NCBI RefSeq assembly: GCF_009931435.1
Contig: NZ_CP043414.1
DNA: 64,000 bases
Reading direction: 5' to 3' (one strand)
From: Escherichia coli
Lineage (GTDB): Bacteria > Pseudomonadota > Gammaproteobacteria > Enterobacterales > Enterobacteriaceae
The notes under the pieces are model-generated. The model was not told where the DNA came from, searched no databases, and saw nothing but the letters and a program-made list of their open reading frames with translations. Below, piece after piece: positions 47,118 through 61,816 of this stretch; the first letter of the stretch is position 1, and every line of letters begins with the position of its first letter. The translations under genes and the position numbers were made by a program.

Positions 47118-47900
47118 ATGAAAAAACTGGTGCTATCGCTCTCTCTGGTTCTGGCCTTCTCCAGCGCAACGGCGGCGTTTGCTGCGATTCCGCAAAACAT
47201 CCGCATCGGTACCGATCCGACCTATGCGCCATTTGAATCAAAAAATTCACAAGGTGAACTGGTTGGCTTCGACATCGATCTGGCGAAGGAATTGTGCAAA
47301 CGCATCAATACGCAATGTACGTTTGTCGAAAACCCGCTGGATGCGTTAATCCCGTCCTTAAAAGCGAAGAAGATTGACGCCATCATGTCATCGCTTTCCA
47401 TTACGGAAAAACGTCAGCAGGAAATTGCCTTCACCGACAAACTGTACGCTGCCGACTCTCGTCTGGTAGTGGCGAAAAATTCCGACATTCAGCCGACAGT
47501 CGAGTCGCTGAAAGGCAAGCGCGTAGGCGTATTGCAGGGCACCACCCAGGAGACGTTCGGTAACGAACACTGGGCACCAAAAGGCATTGAAATCGTCTCT
47601 TATCAGGGGCAGGACAACATTTATTCTGACCTGACTGCCGGACGTATTGATGCCGCATTCCAGGATGAGGTCGCCGCCAGCGAAGGTTTCCTCAAACAAC
47701 CCGTCGGTAAAGATTACAAATTCGGTGGCCCGTCTGTTAAAGATGAAAAACTGTTTGGCGTAGGTACCGGCATGGGTCTGCGTAAAGAAGATAACGAATT
47801 GCGCGAGGCACTGAACAAAGCCTTTGCCGAAATGCGCGCTGACGGTACTTACGAGAAATTAGCGAAAAAGTACTTCGATTTTGATGTTTATGGTGGTTAA
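47118..47900 (+). CDS. hisJ: Histidine-binding periplasmic protein
   Basis: 260 aa, highly similar to ArgT. Confidence 0.95.
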   Translation: MKKLVLSLSLVLAFSSATAAFAAIPQNIRIGTDPTYAPFESKNSQGELVGFDIDLAKELCKRINTQCTFVENPLDALIPSLKAKKIDAIMSSLSITEKRQQEIAFTDKLYAADSRLVVAKNSDIQPTVESLKGKRVGVLQGTTQETFGNEHWAPKGIEIVSYQGQDNIYSDLTAGRIDAAFQDEVAASEGFLKQPVGKDYKFGGPSVKDEKLFGVGTGMGLRKEDNELREALNKAFAEMRADGTYEKLAKKYFDFDVYGG

Positions 47901-47989
47901 TCGCCATCGGTGAAAGAAAGCCCGCTCCCTTCGGGTAACCGGAGGGAGACAAGAGGCGGTAATTCACCACACACGACAGGACAGGCAGC

Positions 47990-48676
47990 ATGTTGTATGG
48001 GTTTTCAGGTGTTATTTTACAGGGTGCGCTCGTCACGCTGGAGCTGGCGATCAGCTCTGTAGTGCTCGCTGTAATCATCGGTTTAATTGGCGCTGGCGGT
48101 AAGCTCTCGCAAAATCGGTTTTCGGGACTGATTTTTGAAGGGTATACCACGCTGATTCGTGGCGTGCCGGATTTAGTGTTGATGCTGCTGATTTTCTACG
48201 GTTTGCAGATTGCGCTAAACACGGTGACGGAGGCGATGGGCGTCGGGCAGATTGATATCGATCCGATGGTCGCAGGTATTATCACGCTCGGTTTTATCTA
48301 CGGTGCTTACTTCACCGAAACGTTTCGTGGCGCGTTTATGGCAGTGCCAAAAGGACATATAGAGGCGGCAACGGCGTTTGGTTTTACTCGTGGGCAAGTG
48401 TTTCGGCGGATTATGTTTCCGGCGATGATGCGTTACGCCCTGCCAGGCATTGGCAACAACTGGCAGGTGATCCTCAAATCTACCGCCCTGGTTTCGTTAC
48501 TTGGCCTGGAAGATGTGGTCAAAGCCACGCAACTGGCAGGCAAAAGTACCTGGGAACCGTTCTATTTCGCCATCGTCTGTGGCGTGATTTACCTGGTTTT
48601 CACCACCGTTTCCAATGGTGTGCTGCTGTTCCTTGAGCGCCGCTACTCCGTGGGTGTGAAGAGGGCTGACCTGTGA
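47990..48676 (+). CDS. hisQ: Histidine ABC transporter permease
   Basis: 228-aa permease. Confidence 0.95.
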   Translation: MLYGFSGVILQGALVTLELAISSVVLAVIIGLIGAGGKLSQNRFSGLIFEGYTTLIRGVPDLVLMLLIFYGLQIALNTVTEAMGVGQIDIDPMVAGIITLGFIYGAYFTETFRGAFMAVPKGHIEAATAFGFTRGQVFRRIMFPAMMRYALPGIGNNWQVILKSTALVSLLGLEDVVKATQLAGKSTWEPFYFAIVCGVIYLVFTTVSNGVLLFLERRYSVGVKRADL

Positions 48677-49389
48677 TCGAAATCTTACATGAATACTGGA
48701 AACCACTGCTGTGGACCGACGGTTATCGCTTTACTGGCGTGGCGATCACCCTGTGGCTGCTGATTTTGTCGGTAGTGATAGGCGGAGTCCTGGCGCTGTT
48801 TCTGGCGATTGGTCGCGTCTCCAGCAATAAATACATCCAGTTTCCAATCTGGTTATTTACTTATATTTTTCGCGGTACACCGCTGTATGTTCAATTGCTG
48901 GTGTTCTATTCCGGCATGTACACGCTGGAGATTGTTAAGGGTACCGAGTTCCTTAACGCCTTTTTCCGCAGTGGCCTGAATTGTACTGTGCTGGCGCTGA
49001 CGCTTAACACCTGTGCTTACACCACCGAGATTTTTGCCGGAGCAATCCGTTCGGTACCGCACGGAGAAATTGAAGCCGCCAGAGCCTATGGCTTTTCGAC
49101 CTTTAAAATGTATCGCTGCATTATTTTGCCTTCAGCGCTGCGTATTGCGTTACCGGCCTACAGTAATGAAGTAATCCTGATGCTGCACTCTACTGCGCTG
49201 GCGTTTACGGCCACGGTGCCGGATCTGCTGAAAATAGCTCGTGATATTAACGCCGCCACGTATCAACCTTTTACCGCCTTCGGTATCGCCGCGGTGCTCT
49301 ATTTAATCATCTCTTATGTCCTGATCAGTCTGTTCCGCAAAGCGGAAAAACGCTGGTTGCAGCATGTGAAACCTTCTTCAACGCACTGA
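48673..49389 (+). CDS. hisM: Histidine ABC transporter permease
   Basis: 238 aa, overlaps hisQ by 4 bp. Confidence 0.95.
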   Translation: MIEILHEYWKPLLWTDGYRFTGVAITLWLLILSVVIGGVLALFLAIGRVSSNKYIQFPIWLFTYIFRGTPLYVQLLVFYSGMYTLEIVKGTEFLNAFFRSGLNCTVLALTLNTCAYTTEIFAGAIRSVPHGEIEAARAYGFSTFKMYRCIILPSALRIALPAYSNEVILMLHSTALAFTATVPDLLKIARDINAATYQPFTAFGIAAVLYLIISYVLISLFRKAEKRWLQHVKPSSTH

Positions 49390-49396
49390 GAATACG

Positions 49397-50170
49397 ATGT
49401 CCGAGAATAAATTAAACGTTATCGATTTGCACAAACGCTACGGCGAACACGAAGTGCTGAAAGGGGTCTCACTGCAAGCGAATGCCGGTGATGTCATAAG
49501 TATCATCGGATCGTCGGGATCGGGGAAAAGTACCTTTCTGCGCTGCATTAACTTCCTCGAAAAACCGAGCGAAGGATCGATCGTCGTTAACGGCCAGACG
49601 ATCAATCTGGTGCGCGATAAAGACGGTCAACTCAAAGTCGCCGATAAAAATCAGCTGCGCTTACTGCGCACACGCCTGACGATGGTATTCCAGCACTTCA
49701 ATCTCTGGAGCCATATGACGGTGCTGGAAAACGTCATGGAAGCGCCGATTCAGGTGTTAGGCCTGAGCAAGCAGGAAGCGCGCGAGCGGGCGGTGAAGTA
49801 TCTGGCGAAAGTCGGGATAGACGAACGTGCGCAGGGGAAATACCCGGTGCATCTGTCCGGTGGTCAGCAACAGCGTGTTTCCATCGCGCGGGCGCTGGCG
49901 ATGGAACCGGAAGTTTTACTGTTTGATGAACCTACCTCGGCGCTCGATCCTGAACTGGTAGGCGAAGTGCTGCGTATTATGCAGCAACTGGCAGAAGAGG
50001 GAAAAACCATGGTGGTGGTGACTCACGAAATGGGCTTTGCTCGCCATGTTTCTACTCACGTCATTTTTCTCCATCAGGGGAAAATAGAGGAAGAAGGCGC
50101 GCCGGAGCAGTTATTTGGCAACCCGAAAAGCCCTCGTCTGCAACAGTTCCTTAAGGGATCGCTGAAATAA
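49397..50170 (+). CDS. hisP: Histidine ABC transporter ATP-binding protein
   Basis: 257 aa; Walker [10 protein letters not shown], signature LSGGQQQR, Walker [12 protein letters not shown]. Confidence 0.96.
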   Translation: MSENKLNVIDLHKRYGEHEVLKGVSLQANAGDVISIIGSSGSGKSTFLRCINFLEKPSEGSIVVNGQTINLVRDKDGQLKVADKNQLRLLRTRLTMVFQHFNLWSHMTVLENVMEAPIQVLGLSKQEARERAVKYLAKVGIDERAQGKYPVHLSGGQQQRVSIARALAMEPEVLLFDEPTSALDPELVGEVLRIMQQLAEEGKTMVVVTHEMGFARHVSTHVIFLHQGKIEEEGAPEQLFGNPKSPRLQQFLKGSLK

Positions 50171-50366
50171 CTCCCCCTCCGGTGGCTAACGCTGCCGGAG
50201 TATTTTCAAGGGAAATTTGCGAGTCCGTTTCCGCTGAAATGTAAAAGTTGCAGTCCGCTAAAAATACTTCTGAATTCGCTGTCCAAAGATAAAAACTGCC
50301 TGCTGCATTGGGTGTAAATCGTGGTTATTGTCGCGTCATCTTAAATTTGAGGGGTGACGGAACGCC

Positions 50367-51257
50367 ATGACAATATCGACAACTTCCACGCCGCATGATG
50401 CGGTATTTAAATCTTTTTTACGCCATCCAGACACCGCGCGGGATTTTATTGATATTCATCTTCCCGCGTCGCTGCGCAAACTGTGTGATTTAACGACGCT
50501 CAAACTGGAACCAAACAGTTTTATTGATGAAGATCTGCGGCAATATTATTCCGACCTCTTGTGGTCTGTGAAAACGCAGGAGGGAGCGGGTTATATTTAT
50601 GTGGTGATAGAGCACCAAAGTAAGCCGGAGGAATTAATGGCTTTTCGCATGATGCGCTATTCCATCGCGGCGATGCAAAACCATCTGGATGCAGGCTATA
50701 AAGAGCTTCCATTGGTGATCCCAATGCTGTTTTATCATGGTTGCAGAAGTCCTTATCCTTATTCACTCTGCTGGCTTGATGAATTTGCCGAGCCTGCTAT
50801 AGCCCGCAAAATATATTCATCGGCTTTTCCGCTGGTGGATATTACCGTGGTGCCGGATGACGAGATTATGCAACATCGCAAAATGGCGCTGTTGGAGTTA
50901 ATTCAGAAACATATTCGTCAGCGCGATCTGTTGGGATTAGTCGACCAAATTGTTTCGCTGCTAGTTACAGGGAACACTAATGACAGACAGCTAAAAGCCC
51001 TGTTTAATTACGTATTACAAACGGGAGATGCCCAGCGTTTCCGTGCATTTATTGGTGAGATAGCGGAACGAGCACCACAAGAAAAGGAGAAACTGATGAC
51101 CATTGCTGACAGATTACGTGAAGAAGGCGCAATGCAGGGCAAACACGAAGAAGCTCTGCGTATTGCTCAGGAGATGCTGGAAAAAGGATTTGACCACGAA
51201 GTCATCCTGACGCTGACCCGACTTTCACCAGACGACCTAATCGCGCAAAGCCACTAA
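50367..51257 (+). CDS. rpnB: Recombination-promoting nuclease RpnB (YfcI; Rpn/transposase_31 PD-(D/E)XK family)
   Basis: 296 aa; Rpn family-like N-terminus HDAVFKSFL. Confidence 0.85.
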   Translation: MTISTTSTPHDAVFKSFLRHPDTARDFIDIHLPASLRKLCDLTTLKLEPNSFIDEDLRQYYSDLLWSVKTQEGAGYIYVVIEHQSKPEELMAFRMMRYSIAAMQNHLDAGYKELPLVIPMLFYHGCRSPYPYSLCWLDEFAEPAIARKIYSSAFPLVDITVVPDDEIMQHRKMALLELIQKHIRQRDLLGLVDQIVSLLVTGNTNDRQLKALFNYVLQTGDAQRFRAFIGEIAERAPQEKEKLMTIADRLREEGAMQGKHEEALRIAQEMLEKGFDHEVILTLTRLSPDDLIAQSH

Positions 51258-51304
51258 TCCTGTAACACCGGGAATTAACTGGCGGATGTTTGCAGTACAC
51301 CACA

Positions 51305-52198
51305 TCAGTGAACAACATCCGCCAGCGCTTCTTCTAAATCGTACCAGCGAAACGCAAAACCCGCTTCTTCCAGCCGTTTAGGCAATGCTCGTTGTCCACC
51401 TAATACCAGTACTGAAGATTCGCCCATTAACAGTCGAATAGCGGTCGCGGGGACGCGCAAAATGGCCGGGCGATGCAGCGCATGACCGAGCGCATGGGCA
51501 AATTGTTCATTGCGTACCGGGTAGGGCGAAACCATATTAAACGGCCCGCGCAGCTCGTTATCCAGCAGCCAGAGAATACCGTTGACCATATCATCGATAT
51601 GAATCCAGGCCAGATACTGCCGACCGGAGCCAATCGGCCCGCCCAGGCCAAGACGAAACGGCGGCAGCATTTTACCGAGGATCCCGCCGTCCGGTGCCAG
51701 CACCACGCCGGTACGCAGCAGGCACACACGTGTTTTGTCGCTTTGCGCCCGACAGGCAATCTCTTCCCAACGAGCGCAGAGTTTGTGGGTAAATTCGTTA
51801 TGCGGCGGTTCCTCTTCGGTAACCACCACTTCACCTAAGTCGCCATAATAGCCCGTTGCCGAACCGGAAATGAGTACCGACGGCGGCGTGTCGCTGGCAT
51901 TAATTACATCGACCAGTTTTTGCGTGATATTCCAGCGGCTTTGGCAGAGACGATCTTTTTGCTCGTGAGTCCAGCGTTTATCGGCAATCGGTTCTCCAGC
52001 CAGGTTGATTACCGCATCAACGCCATTGAGGTTGCTTTGATCTGCAAGCCCTTGCCATAGTGTCACCCGGGGGCCGAGAGCGGAACTGGCTTTCTGCGGG
52101 TTACGTGTCACTACCGTGATTTGATGGCCCAGCTCCAGCAAACGTGGAATCAAATGGCGACCAATTAATCCCGTCCCTCCGGTGATCACTATGTTCAT
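51305..52198 (-). CDS. yfcH: Epimerase-family protein YfcH (NAD-dependent, SDR-like)
   Basis: 297 aa, N-terminal ITGGTGLIG Rossmann motif. Confidence 0.9.
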   Translation of the reverse strand: MNIVITGGTGLIGRHLIPRLLELGHQITVVTRNPQKASSALGPRVTLWQGLADQSNLNGVDAVINLAGEPIADKRWTHEQKDRLCQSRWNITQKLVDVINASDTPPSVLISGSATGYYGDLGEVVVTEEEPPHNEFTHKLCARWEEIACRAQSDKTRVCLLRTGVVLAPDGGILGKMLPPFRLGLGGPIGSGRQYLAWIHIDDMVNGILWLLDNELRGPFNMVSPYPVRNEQFAHALGHALHRPAILRVPATAIRLLMGESSVLVLGGQRALPKRLEEAGFAFRWYDLEEALADVVH

Positions 52199-52218
52199 GC
52201 AGCCTCCCGATATGGCGG

Positions 52219-52581
52219 TTAACGCTGCCAGCTTAAGGTCATGGATACCGAATCAGCGTAGCGCAGCGCGTGCAGTTTATCGATCTCTACTTCAGCATAC
52301 GTTACCCAGTGATGTTCACGTGCGATATCGAGCACATCCTGAGTTAATTTCTCCAGCAAAGAGAAACGGTTATTCTCTACGTGCTGAATAATGTTTTTCG
52401 TTACGGTGCGATAATTCAGCGCATCGTTGATATCTTCGCTGGTGCGCGCTTTATCGGCGGGGTAGTGGATCGTCACGTTGATAACTATATCCTGACGGTT
52501 GTTAATTTCTTCTTCCTTAATTCCGATAAACGTACGTAAACGAAGGTTCTTTATACGAATAATAGCGGCAGGTTGTGCCAT
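52219..52581 (-). CDS. folX: Dihydroneopterin triphosphate 2'-epimerase
   Basis: 120-aa ORF in conserved position. Confidence 0.93.
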
Positions 52582-52637
52582 TGCAGGTTCTCCGTTGTTT
52601 TACTTAGGATTAAATAATACACGAGAACCTGTTTCTG

Positions 52638-54114
<1,477 letters not shown>

Positions 54115-54117
54115 TGA

Positions 54118-54672
54118 GTGATGAAACTGATGTTTGCATCGGACATTCATGGGTCGTTACCGGCGACGGAACGTGTTCTGGAGTTGTTTGCCCAAAGCGG
54201 TGCCCAGTGGCTGGTGATCCTTGGCGACGTGTTGAATCACGGCCCGCGTAATGCTTTACCGGAGGGTTACGCGCCAGCCAAAGTCGCTGAACGGCTTAAT
54301 GAAGTGGCACATAAAGTTATCGCTGTGCGCGGCAACTGCGACAGCGAAGTGGATCAAATGCTGCTGCATTTCCCAATAACCGCGCCGTGGCAACAGGTAT
54401 TACTGGAAAAACAACGTCTGTTTTTGACGCATGGTCATCTATTTGGTCCGGAAAATCTGCCCGCTTTAAACCAGAACGATGTGCTGGTGTACGGTCATAC
54501 CCATTTGCCAGTGGCAGAACAGCGGGGGGAGATATTCCACTTCAACCCCGGCTCGGTGAGTATTCCGAAAGGCGGTAATCCGGCGAGTTATGGCATGCTG
54601 GATAATGACGTACTGAGTGTAATCGCACTCAATGATCAAAGTATCATTGCGCAGGTCGCGATTAATCCGTAA
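54118..54672 (+). CDS. yfcE: Metallophosphoesterase / phosphodiesterase
   Basis: 184 aa; metallophosphatase motifs D-x-H-G, GD, GN-D, GHTH. Confidence 0.92.
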   Translation: MMKLMFASDIHGSLPATERVLELFAQSGAQWLVILGDVLNHGPRNALPEGYAPAKVAERLNEVAHKVIAVRGNCDSEVDQMLLHFPITAPWQQVLLEKQRLFLTHGHLFGPENLPALNQNDVLVYGHTHLPVAEQRGEIFHFNPGSVSIPKGGNPASYGMLDNDVLSVIALNDQSIIAQVAINP

Positions 54673-54729
54673 TTTACCCACAACTCAAAATGCGCCGTAA
54701 GAGCGCCAGAAAAAGAAGGTTTCCTGATA

Positions 54730-55272
54730 ATGGAACAGCGTCGTTTGGCAAGTACTGAATGGGTGGATATTGTCAATGAAGAGAATGAAGTCATTGCACA
54801 AGCCAGCCGGGAACAAATGCGGGCACAGTGTCTGCGTCATCGTGCAACTTACATCGTCGTGCATGATGGCATGGGCAAAATTCTGGTCCAGCGTCGTACC
54901 GAGACAAAAGACTTTTTACCCGGCATGTTAGATGCGACCGCAGGCGGTGTGGTCCAGGCCGATGAGCAACTGCTGGAGTCCGCGCGTCGCGAAGCGGAAG
55001 AAGAGTTGGGCATTGCCGGTGTCCCCTTTGCCGAGCACGGGCAGTTCTATTTCGAAGATAAAAATTGCCGTGTCTGGGGCGCGTTGTTCAGTTGTGTCTC
55101 GCACGGTCCCTTCGCCCTACAGGAAGATGAAGTCAGTGAAGTTTGCTGGCTGACGCCGGAAGAAATCACCGCACGCTGCGATGAGTTCACTCCAGACTCG
55201 CTGAAAGCGCTGGCGTTGTGGATGAAGCGCAATGCCAAAAATGAAGCCGTAGAGACTGAAACGGCAGAATGA
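54730..55272 (+). CDS. yfcD: Nudix hydrolase
   Basis: 180 aa with Nudix box GG...E-x2-RE-x2-EELG. Confidence 0.92.
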
Positions 55273-55304
55273 AAAAAGAGCCGCAATTGCGGCTCTTAAC
55301 ATTT

Positions 55305-56825
55305 TTAGTGGTAGCCCATCAACTGAGCACCGATAACCACGACGCTGGACATAATAAACAGCAGTCCAAGCAGTGTCGCGCCCACCTTCAGCCAGTTACG
55401 GAAGTCCACCCGACAAACACCGAGCGTTGCCATTAACGAAGCCGAGGTCGGGTAAATGATGTGACTGAAGCCATCACCAAACTGGAACGCCAGCACGGTA
55501 ACCTGACGGTTAACACCGACCAGATCGCCAAGCGGTGCCAGTAACGGCATGGTTAACGCCGCCTGACCAGAACCGGATGTCACGAAGAAATTAAATACCG
55601 CCTGGAAGAGCAACATAAACCAGGCTGCAACTGCGTTATCCAGACCGCTAATGGCATTGGCAATGCTGTTTAGAATGGTATTTAACACACTGGCATCACC
55701 CGCTTCACCGTTACCGACCAGCAACAAAATCCCTTTGGCGAAACCCACCAGTAGGGCAGGGGCGATCATCATTCGCGCCCCTTCGGTGAAGGATGAAGCC
55801 ATGGTATTAACCGTCATACCGTTTAGGCGGAAAACAACGCCGATGATGCCAATAACTAGCCCCATCGTGAAGAACTGGCTGGCTATTTCTGGAATAAACC
55901 AGGCATTGACGATAACGCCCCAAATTACCCAGATCATGACGGCGGTTAAAACAATCAATACCAGCCAGTCACCAAAGGTAAATGGACGCTGTTCTACATC
56001 CGCCTGTTTTTCGCGGAAGAAACGATCGGACTCATGAACGCGTGACAACAGCGGATTCTTTTTCACCCGCGAGGCGTACACCATAGTGAAGACCAGACCA
56101 ATCAGAGTAGAGATTACCCATACCACGATGCGCAAACCGGAGCCAGAAAGCACCGGAACACCAGCGATCCCCTGAGCAACAACCACACAAAACGGGTTCA
56201 TCCACGAACTGGCAAAACCGATTTGCGTGGCGATATAAGTCACCAGGACGGTGGTAATACTGTCATAGCCCAGCCGGACCATTAGCGGTGCGATGATAAT
56301 GGCAAAGGCGACGGCCTCTTCCCCCATACCAAATACCGCGCCGCCAAGTGAAAAGAGAATAAACAAGGCAGGGATAAAGAGAATTTCATTCCCGCGTGTA
56401 TGCCGAATAAGTGCCAGGATGCCGTTATCAATGGTTCCTGTACGCATCACGATGCCAAACGCGCCGCCAATCACCAGCATAAACATGATGATGCCAACGG
56501 CTGTCCCGTATTTCGATCCTGAGGTTAATCCTTCAAACGGGAAATTCATCAGGCCCGGGCGTTCATCGCCCGTCGAGAACAGTTGCACGCGGTGATACTC
56601 AGGTTCGCCCGCCTCGTTAGTCAGAATGCGAAATGAGTGCGGATCTACGACTTTGCGTGTTTTTGTTTGACCATCAACCTGATACTGCACTTCCTGACTG
56701 TCAAACATCCCCACCGGAACTACCCAGGTGGCAAGGCTGGTTAAAATAGCAACAAAAAAGATAATCACCAGCGTATCGGGCATTGCCCATCTTCTGGTTG
56801 GTTTGGATTCAGTGATTGCGGACAT
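55305..56825 (-). CDS. yfcC: Putative transporter YfcC (C4-dicarboxylate anaerobic carrier-like membrane protein)
   Basis: 506 aa from MSAITESKPTRR; ORF track extends 7 codons upstream. Confidence 0.9.
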   Translation of the reverse strand: MSAITESKPTRRWAMPDTLVIIFFVAILTSLATWVVPVGMFDSQEVQYQVDGQTKTRKVVDPHSFRILTNEAGEPEYHRVQLFSTGDERPGLMNFPFEGLTSGSKYGTAVGIIMFMLVIGGAFGIVMRTGTIDNGILALIRHTRGNEILFIPALFILFSLGGAVFGMGEEAVAFAIIIAPLMVRLGYDSITTVLVTYIATQIGFASSWMNPFCVVVAQGIAGVPVLSGSGLRIVVWVISTLIGLVFTMVYASRVKKNPLLSRVHESDRFFREKQADVEQRPFTFGDWLVLIVLTAVMIWVIWGVIVNAWFIPEIASQFFTMGLVIGIIGVVFRLNGMTVNTMASSFTEGARMMIAPALLVGFAKGILLLVGNGEAGDASVLNTILNSIANAISGLDNAVAAWFMLLFQAVFNFFVTSGSGQAALTMPLLAPLGDLVGVNRQVTVLAFQFGDGFSHIIYPTSASLMATLGVCRVDFRNWLKVGATLLGLLFIMSSVVVIGAQLMGYH

Positions 56826-56944
56826 AGCGCAGATATTCCCTTGCACAAAACAAAGTGGTAAGTATGCAAAGTGAGATGGCGCAATTCATTGATGCAGCGC
56901 AGTTAAGCAAGATAATCAGAAAGGATTAATGCAATTTAAGAGAA

Positions 56945-56976
56945 TAAAAAACCGGAAATAGTGACTATTTCCGGTT
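56945..56976 (-). terminator. Rho-independent terminator after pta
   Basis: AACCGGAAATAG-tg-ACTATTTCCGGTT with a T-run on the minus strand. Confidence 0.7.
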
Positions 56977-57014
56977 CAGGTATCCGCAGCGCAAAGCTGC
57001 GGATGATGACGAGA

Positions 57015-59159
57015 TTACTGCTGCTGTGCAGACTGAATCGCAGTCAGCGCGATGGTGTAGACGATATCGTCAACCAGTGCGCCACGGGACAGATCGTTAA
57101 CCGGCTTGCGCATACCCTGCAGCATCGGCCCGATGGAGATCAGATCGGCAGAACGTTGTACCGCTTTGTATGTGGTGTTACCGGTGTTCAGATCCGGGAA
57201 GATGAACACGGTAGCGCGACCAGCAACCGGAGAATTCGGCGCTTTGGATTTCGCAACGTCAGCCATTACCGCAGCGTCGTACTGCAGCGGACCGTCGATC
57301 ATCAGGTCAGGACGTTTTTCCTGCGCCAGACGAGTTGCTTCGCGAACTTTCTCTACGTCGCTACCTGCACCAGAAGTACCGGTGGAGTAGGAGAGCATTG
57401 CAACGCGCGGTTCGATACCGAAGGCCGCGGCGGAATCAGCGGACTGAATCGCGATTTCTGCCAGCTGTTCTGCGGTCGGATCCGGGTTGATCGCACAGTC
57501 ACCGTAAACGTAAACCTGTTCCGGCAGCAGCATGAAGAACACGGAAGATACCAGGGAGCTACCCGGTGCAGTTTTGATCAGCTGCAGCGGCGGACGAATG
57601 GTGTTTGCGGTGGTGTGAACAGCACCGGAAACCAGACCGTCAACTTCATCCTGTTCCAGCATCAGCGTACCGAGAACCACGTTGTCTTCCAGCTGTTCGC
57701 GGGCAACGGTTTCGGTCATGCCTTTGTTCTTACGCAGTTCAACCAGGCGGCCAACATAGCTTTCGCGAACCACTTCTGGATCGACAATTTCAATGCCAGC
57801 ACCCAGCTCTACGCCCTGAGATGCTGCAACGCGGTTGATCTCAGCCGGGTTACCCAGCAGTACGCAAGTTGCGATACCACGTTCAGCACAGATAGCGGCT
57901 GCTTTAACGGTACGCGGTTCGTCACCTTCCGGCAGCACGATACGTTTGCCCGCTTTGCGCGCCAGTTCGGTCAGCTGATAACGGAACGCTGGCGGAGACA
58001 GACGACGGCTGCGCTCGGAAGTGGCAGTCAGAGAGTCAATCCAGTCAGCGTTGATGTAGTTAGCAACGTATTCCTGAACTTTCTCGATACGCTCGTGATC
58101 GTCAACCGGAACTTCGAGGTTGAAGCTCTGCAGGCTCAGAGAAGTCTGCCAGGTGTTGGTATTCACCATAAATACCGGAAGGCCGGTAGCGAAAGCACGT
58201 TCGCACAGTTTGGAAATGCGCGCGTCCATTTCGTAGCCGCCAGTCAGCAGCAGGGCACCGATTTCTACGCCGTTCATGGCAGCCAGGCAAGCTGCAACCA
58301 GTACGTCAGGACGGTCTGCGGAAGTTACCAGCAGAGAACCGGCACGGAAGTGCTCCAGCATGTGCGGAATGCTGCGTGCGCAGAAAGTGACGGATTTAAC
58401 GCGGCGAGTATTGATGTCGCCTTCGTTGATGATGGTGGCGTTCAGGTGGCGAGCCATATCGATCGCACGGGTCGCGATCAGATCAAAGCTCCACGGCACC
58501 GCGCCGAGAACCGGCAGCGGGCTGGATTCTTGCAGCTTCGCCGGATCAACATTGTTTACTTTTGCTTTGGAAGAGTCGTCGAAAATCTCGGACAGATCCG
58601 GGCGAGTACGACCCTGTTCATCAACCGGTGCGTTCAGTTTGTTAACGATAACGCCAGTGATGTTGGTGTTTTTTGCACCACCGAAGCTGTTGCGAGTCAG
58701 TTCGATACGCTCTTTCAGCTGTTCCGGGGTGTCAGTGCCCTGAGACATAACGAAGACGATTTCCGCGTTCAGCGTTTTAGCGATTTCGTAGTTCAGAGAC
58801 TGGGCAAACTGATGCTTACGTGTCGGGACCAGACCTTCAACCAGAACGACTTCAGCGTCTTTGGTGTTAGCGTGGTAGTTCGCGACGATCTCTTCCATCA
58901 GCACATCTTTCTGATTGCTGGAAAGCAGACCTTCAACGTAGCTCATTTTCAGTGGTTCAGCGGCTGTCGTGGTGGAAGAGTTCGCACGCACGATAGTCGT
59001 GGTCTGATCGGGCGCATCGCCACCGGTACGCGGCTGAGCGATAGGTTTGAAAACGCTCAGACGAACGCCTTTGCGTTCCATTGCACGGATCACGCCAAGG
59101 CTGACGCTGGTCAGACCGACGCTGGTTCCGGTAGGGATCAGCATAATAATACGGGACAC
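57015..59159 (-). CDS. pta: Phosphate acetyltransferase
   Basis: 714 aa, conserved Pta sequence ([22 protein letters not shown]...). Confidence 0.97.
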   Translation of the reverse strand: MSRIIMLIPTGTSVGLTSVSLGVIRAMERKGVRLSVFKPIAQPRTGGDAPDQTTTIVRANSSTTTAAEPLKMSYVEGLLSSNQKDVLMEEIVANYHANTKDAEVVLVEGLVPTRKHQFAQSLNYEIAKTLNAEIVFVMSQGTDTPEQLKERIELTRNSFGGAKNTNITGVIVNKLNAPVDEQGRTRPDLSEIFDDSSKAKVNNVDPAKLQESSPLPVLGAVPWSFDLIATRAIDMARHLNATIINEGDINTRRVKSVTFCARSIPHMLEHFRAGSLLVTSADRPDVLVAACLAAMNGVEIGALLLTGGYEMDARISKLCERAFATGLPVFMVNTNTWQTSLSLQSFNLEVPVDDHERIEKVQEYVANYINADWIDSLTATSERSRRLSPPAFRYQLTELARKAGKRIVLPEGDEPRTVKAAAICAERGIATCVLLGNPAEINRVAASQGVELGAGIEIVDPEVVRESYVGRLVELRKNKGMTETVAREQLEDNVVLGTLMLEQDEVDGLVSGAVHTTANTIRPPLQLIKTAPGSSLVSSVFFMLLPEQVYVYGDCAINPDPTAEQLAEIAIQSADSAAAFGIEPRVAMLSYSTGTSGAGSDVEKVREATRLAQEKRPDLMIDGPLQYDAAVMADVAKSKAPNSPVAGRATVFIFPDLNTGNTTYKAVQRSADLISIGPMLQGMRKPVNDLSRGALVDDIVYTIALTAIQSAQQQ

Positions 59160-59233
59160 GGTTTATCCTCTTTCGTTACCGCCGGTTTGGCGGGTTACAA
59201 AACAGCACCGCCAGCTGAGCTGGCGGTGTGGAA

Positions 59234-60436
59234 TCAGGCGGTCAAGCGGCAGGCGTCTTGCGCGATAACCAGCTCTTCGTTGGTCGGGATCACAACAGCA
59301 GGGCGGGTGCCTTCTTTGTTGATGAAACCAGATTTGCCGAAACGTGCAGCCAGGTTGCGCTCATGATCAACTTCAAAGCCCAGCACGCCCAGTTTGCCCA
59401 GAGACAGTTCACGAACCATCGCGGCATTTTCACCGATACCACCGGTGAATACAACAGCGTCCAGACGACCATCCATCAGCGCGGTGTAGGCACCGATGTA
59501 TTTCGCCAGACGGTGGCAGTAAACGTCCATTGCGCGCTTCGCGTCTTCTTTTGTCGCGTAGTTGTCTTCAACATAACGGCAGTCGCTGGTGACTTCGGTC
59601 AGACCCAGCAGGCCAGACTCTTTGGTCAGCATTTTGTTGATTGCGTCAACGCTCATGCCCAGAGTGTCGTGCAGGTGGAAGATGATCGCAGGATCGATAT
59701 CGCCAGAGCGAGTACCCATTACCAGACCTTCCAGCGGGGTCAGACCCATAGAGGTGTCAACGCATTTACCGTTGCGGATAGCAGAAACGGAACCACCGTT
59801 ACCCAGGTGGCAGGTGATGATGTTCAGCTCTTCTACCGGTTTGTTCAGCATTTTTGCCGCTTCCTGGGTTACATAGAAGTGGCTGGTGCCGTGCGCGCCG
59901 TAACGACGGATGCCATGCTCTTTGTACAGGTTGTGCGGCAGGGCGTAGAGGTAAGACTCTTCCGGCATAGTCTGGTGGAACGCGGTGTCAAATACAGCAA
60001 CGTTTTTGTCTTTCAGCTGAGGGAAAGATTTCAGTGCTTCTTCGATACCGATCAGGTGAGCCGGGTTGTGCAGCGGTGCAAAAGAAGCTGCATCTTTGAT
60101 ACCCTGAATAACAGACTCATCGATCACTACGGAGCTGGTATACTTTTCGCCGCCGTGTACGATACGGTGACCGATAGCGGTCAGCTGCGCAGACAGTTCT
60201 GGTTTTTGTGCCAGAATAGTATTAACGATAAAGTTGAGCGCTTCGCTGTGAGCGGCGCCTGCACCTAAAGCCGCTTCCTGTTTATTGCCGTCCATTTTCC
60301 ATTTGATACGTGCTTCGGGCAGGTGGAAACATTCGGCTAAACCAGAAAGGTACTCTTCACCATTCACTGCATCGATGATTGCAAATTTCAGTGAAGAACT
60401 ACCGCAGTTCAGAACCAGTACTAACTTACTCGACAT
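59234..60436 (-). CDS. ackA: Acetate kinase
   Basis: 400 aa ([20 protein letters not shown]...). Confidence 0.97.
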   Translation of the reverse strand: MSSKLVLVLNCGSSSLKFAIIDAVNGEEYLSGLAECFHLPEARIKWKMDGNKQEAALGAGAAHSEALNFIVNTILAQKPELSAQLTAIGHRIVHGGEKYTSSVVIDESVIQGIKDAASFAPLHNPAHLIGIEEALKSFPQLKDKNVAVFDTAFHQTMPEESYLYALPHNLYKEHGIRRYGAHGTSHFYVTQEAAKMLNKPVEELNIITCHLGNGGSVSAIRNGKCVDTSMGLTPLEGLVMGTRSGDIDPAIIFHLHDTLGMSVDAINKMLTKESGLLGLTEVTSDCRYVEDNYATKEDAKRAMDVYCHRLAKYIGAYTALMDGRLDAVVFTGGIGENAAMVRELSLGKLGVLGFEVDHERNLAARFGKSGFINKEGTRPAVVIPTNEELVIAQDACRLTA

Positions 60437-60773
60437 GGAAGTACCTATAATTGATACGTGGCTAAAAAAACGTCAGGGAGCCATAGAGCGTAGCGCATGA
60501 TGACACTGACATTTATGATTAACATCATGCACTGCAAATTTTTTTTGCATGATGGAAGAAATATCTTGAGTCTATGCCATTTTGCGTAATTTTCAGCCAA
60601 TGGCATAATGTATATGAATTTGACGACTCAATGAATATGTACTACTTAGGCCTTCAGGCTGCTAAAGGATACCTGATAGTGGGTATGGAAGACAAAATGT
60701 TTTGAACGTTGTCCCGCTGAGTTGTGAATTTGCACAAATTTTTGAATCTTTATATGTGAAGTTGAGGTGAAGC

Positions 60774-61229
60774 ATGTCAACGCCGGATAATCGTTCTGTT
60801 AATTTTTTTAGCTTGTTTCGCCGGGGACAGCATTACTCAAAGACGTGGCCGCTGGAAAAACGCCTTGCCCCGGTCTTTGTCGAAAATCGCGTTATCAAGA
60901 TGACGCGCTATGCGATCCGTTTTATGCCGCCAATCGCCGTATTTACTCTCTGCTGGCAGATTGCCCTGGGCGGTCAACTGGGCCCGGCAGTTGCCACTGC
61001 GCTGTTCGCCTTAAGTTTACCCATGCAAGGACTATGGTGGCTGGGCAAGCGTTCTGTAACGCCATTACCTCCTGCAATCCTTAACTGGTTTTATGAAGTT
61101 CGCGGTAAATTGCAAGAGTCTGGACAGGTGTTGGCACCCGTTGAAGGCAAGCCTGATTACCAGGCATTAGCTGACACGCTTAAGCGTGCCTTCAAACAAC
61201 TGGATAAAACTTTCCTTGATGATTTGTAA
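60774..61229 (+). CDS. yfbV: UPF0208 membrane protein YfbV
   Basis: 151-aa ORF with two TM helices, divergent from ackA. Confidence 0.9.
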
Positions 61230-61233
61230 TTGA

Positions 61234-61806
<573 letters not shown>

Positions 61807-61816
61807 GGAGGCCCAT

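Noticed and set aside
56961-59366. 801-aa plus-strand ORF
   Set aside because: Entirely antisense to pta; composition is implausible (Arg/Val/Gln-rich, low complexity) and pta on the opposite strand is clearly the real gene.
59228-60268. 346-aa plus-strand ORF
   Set aside because: Antisense to ackA; same reasoning as above.
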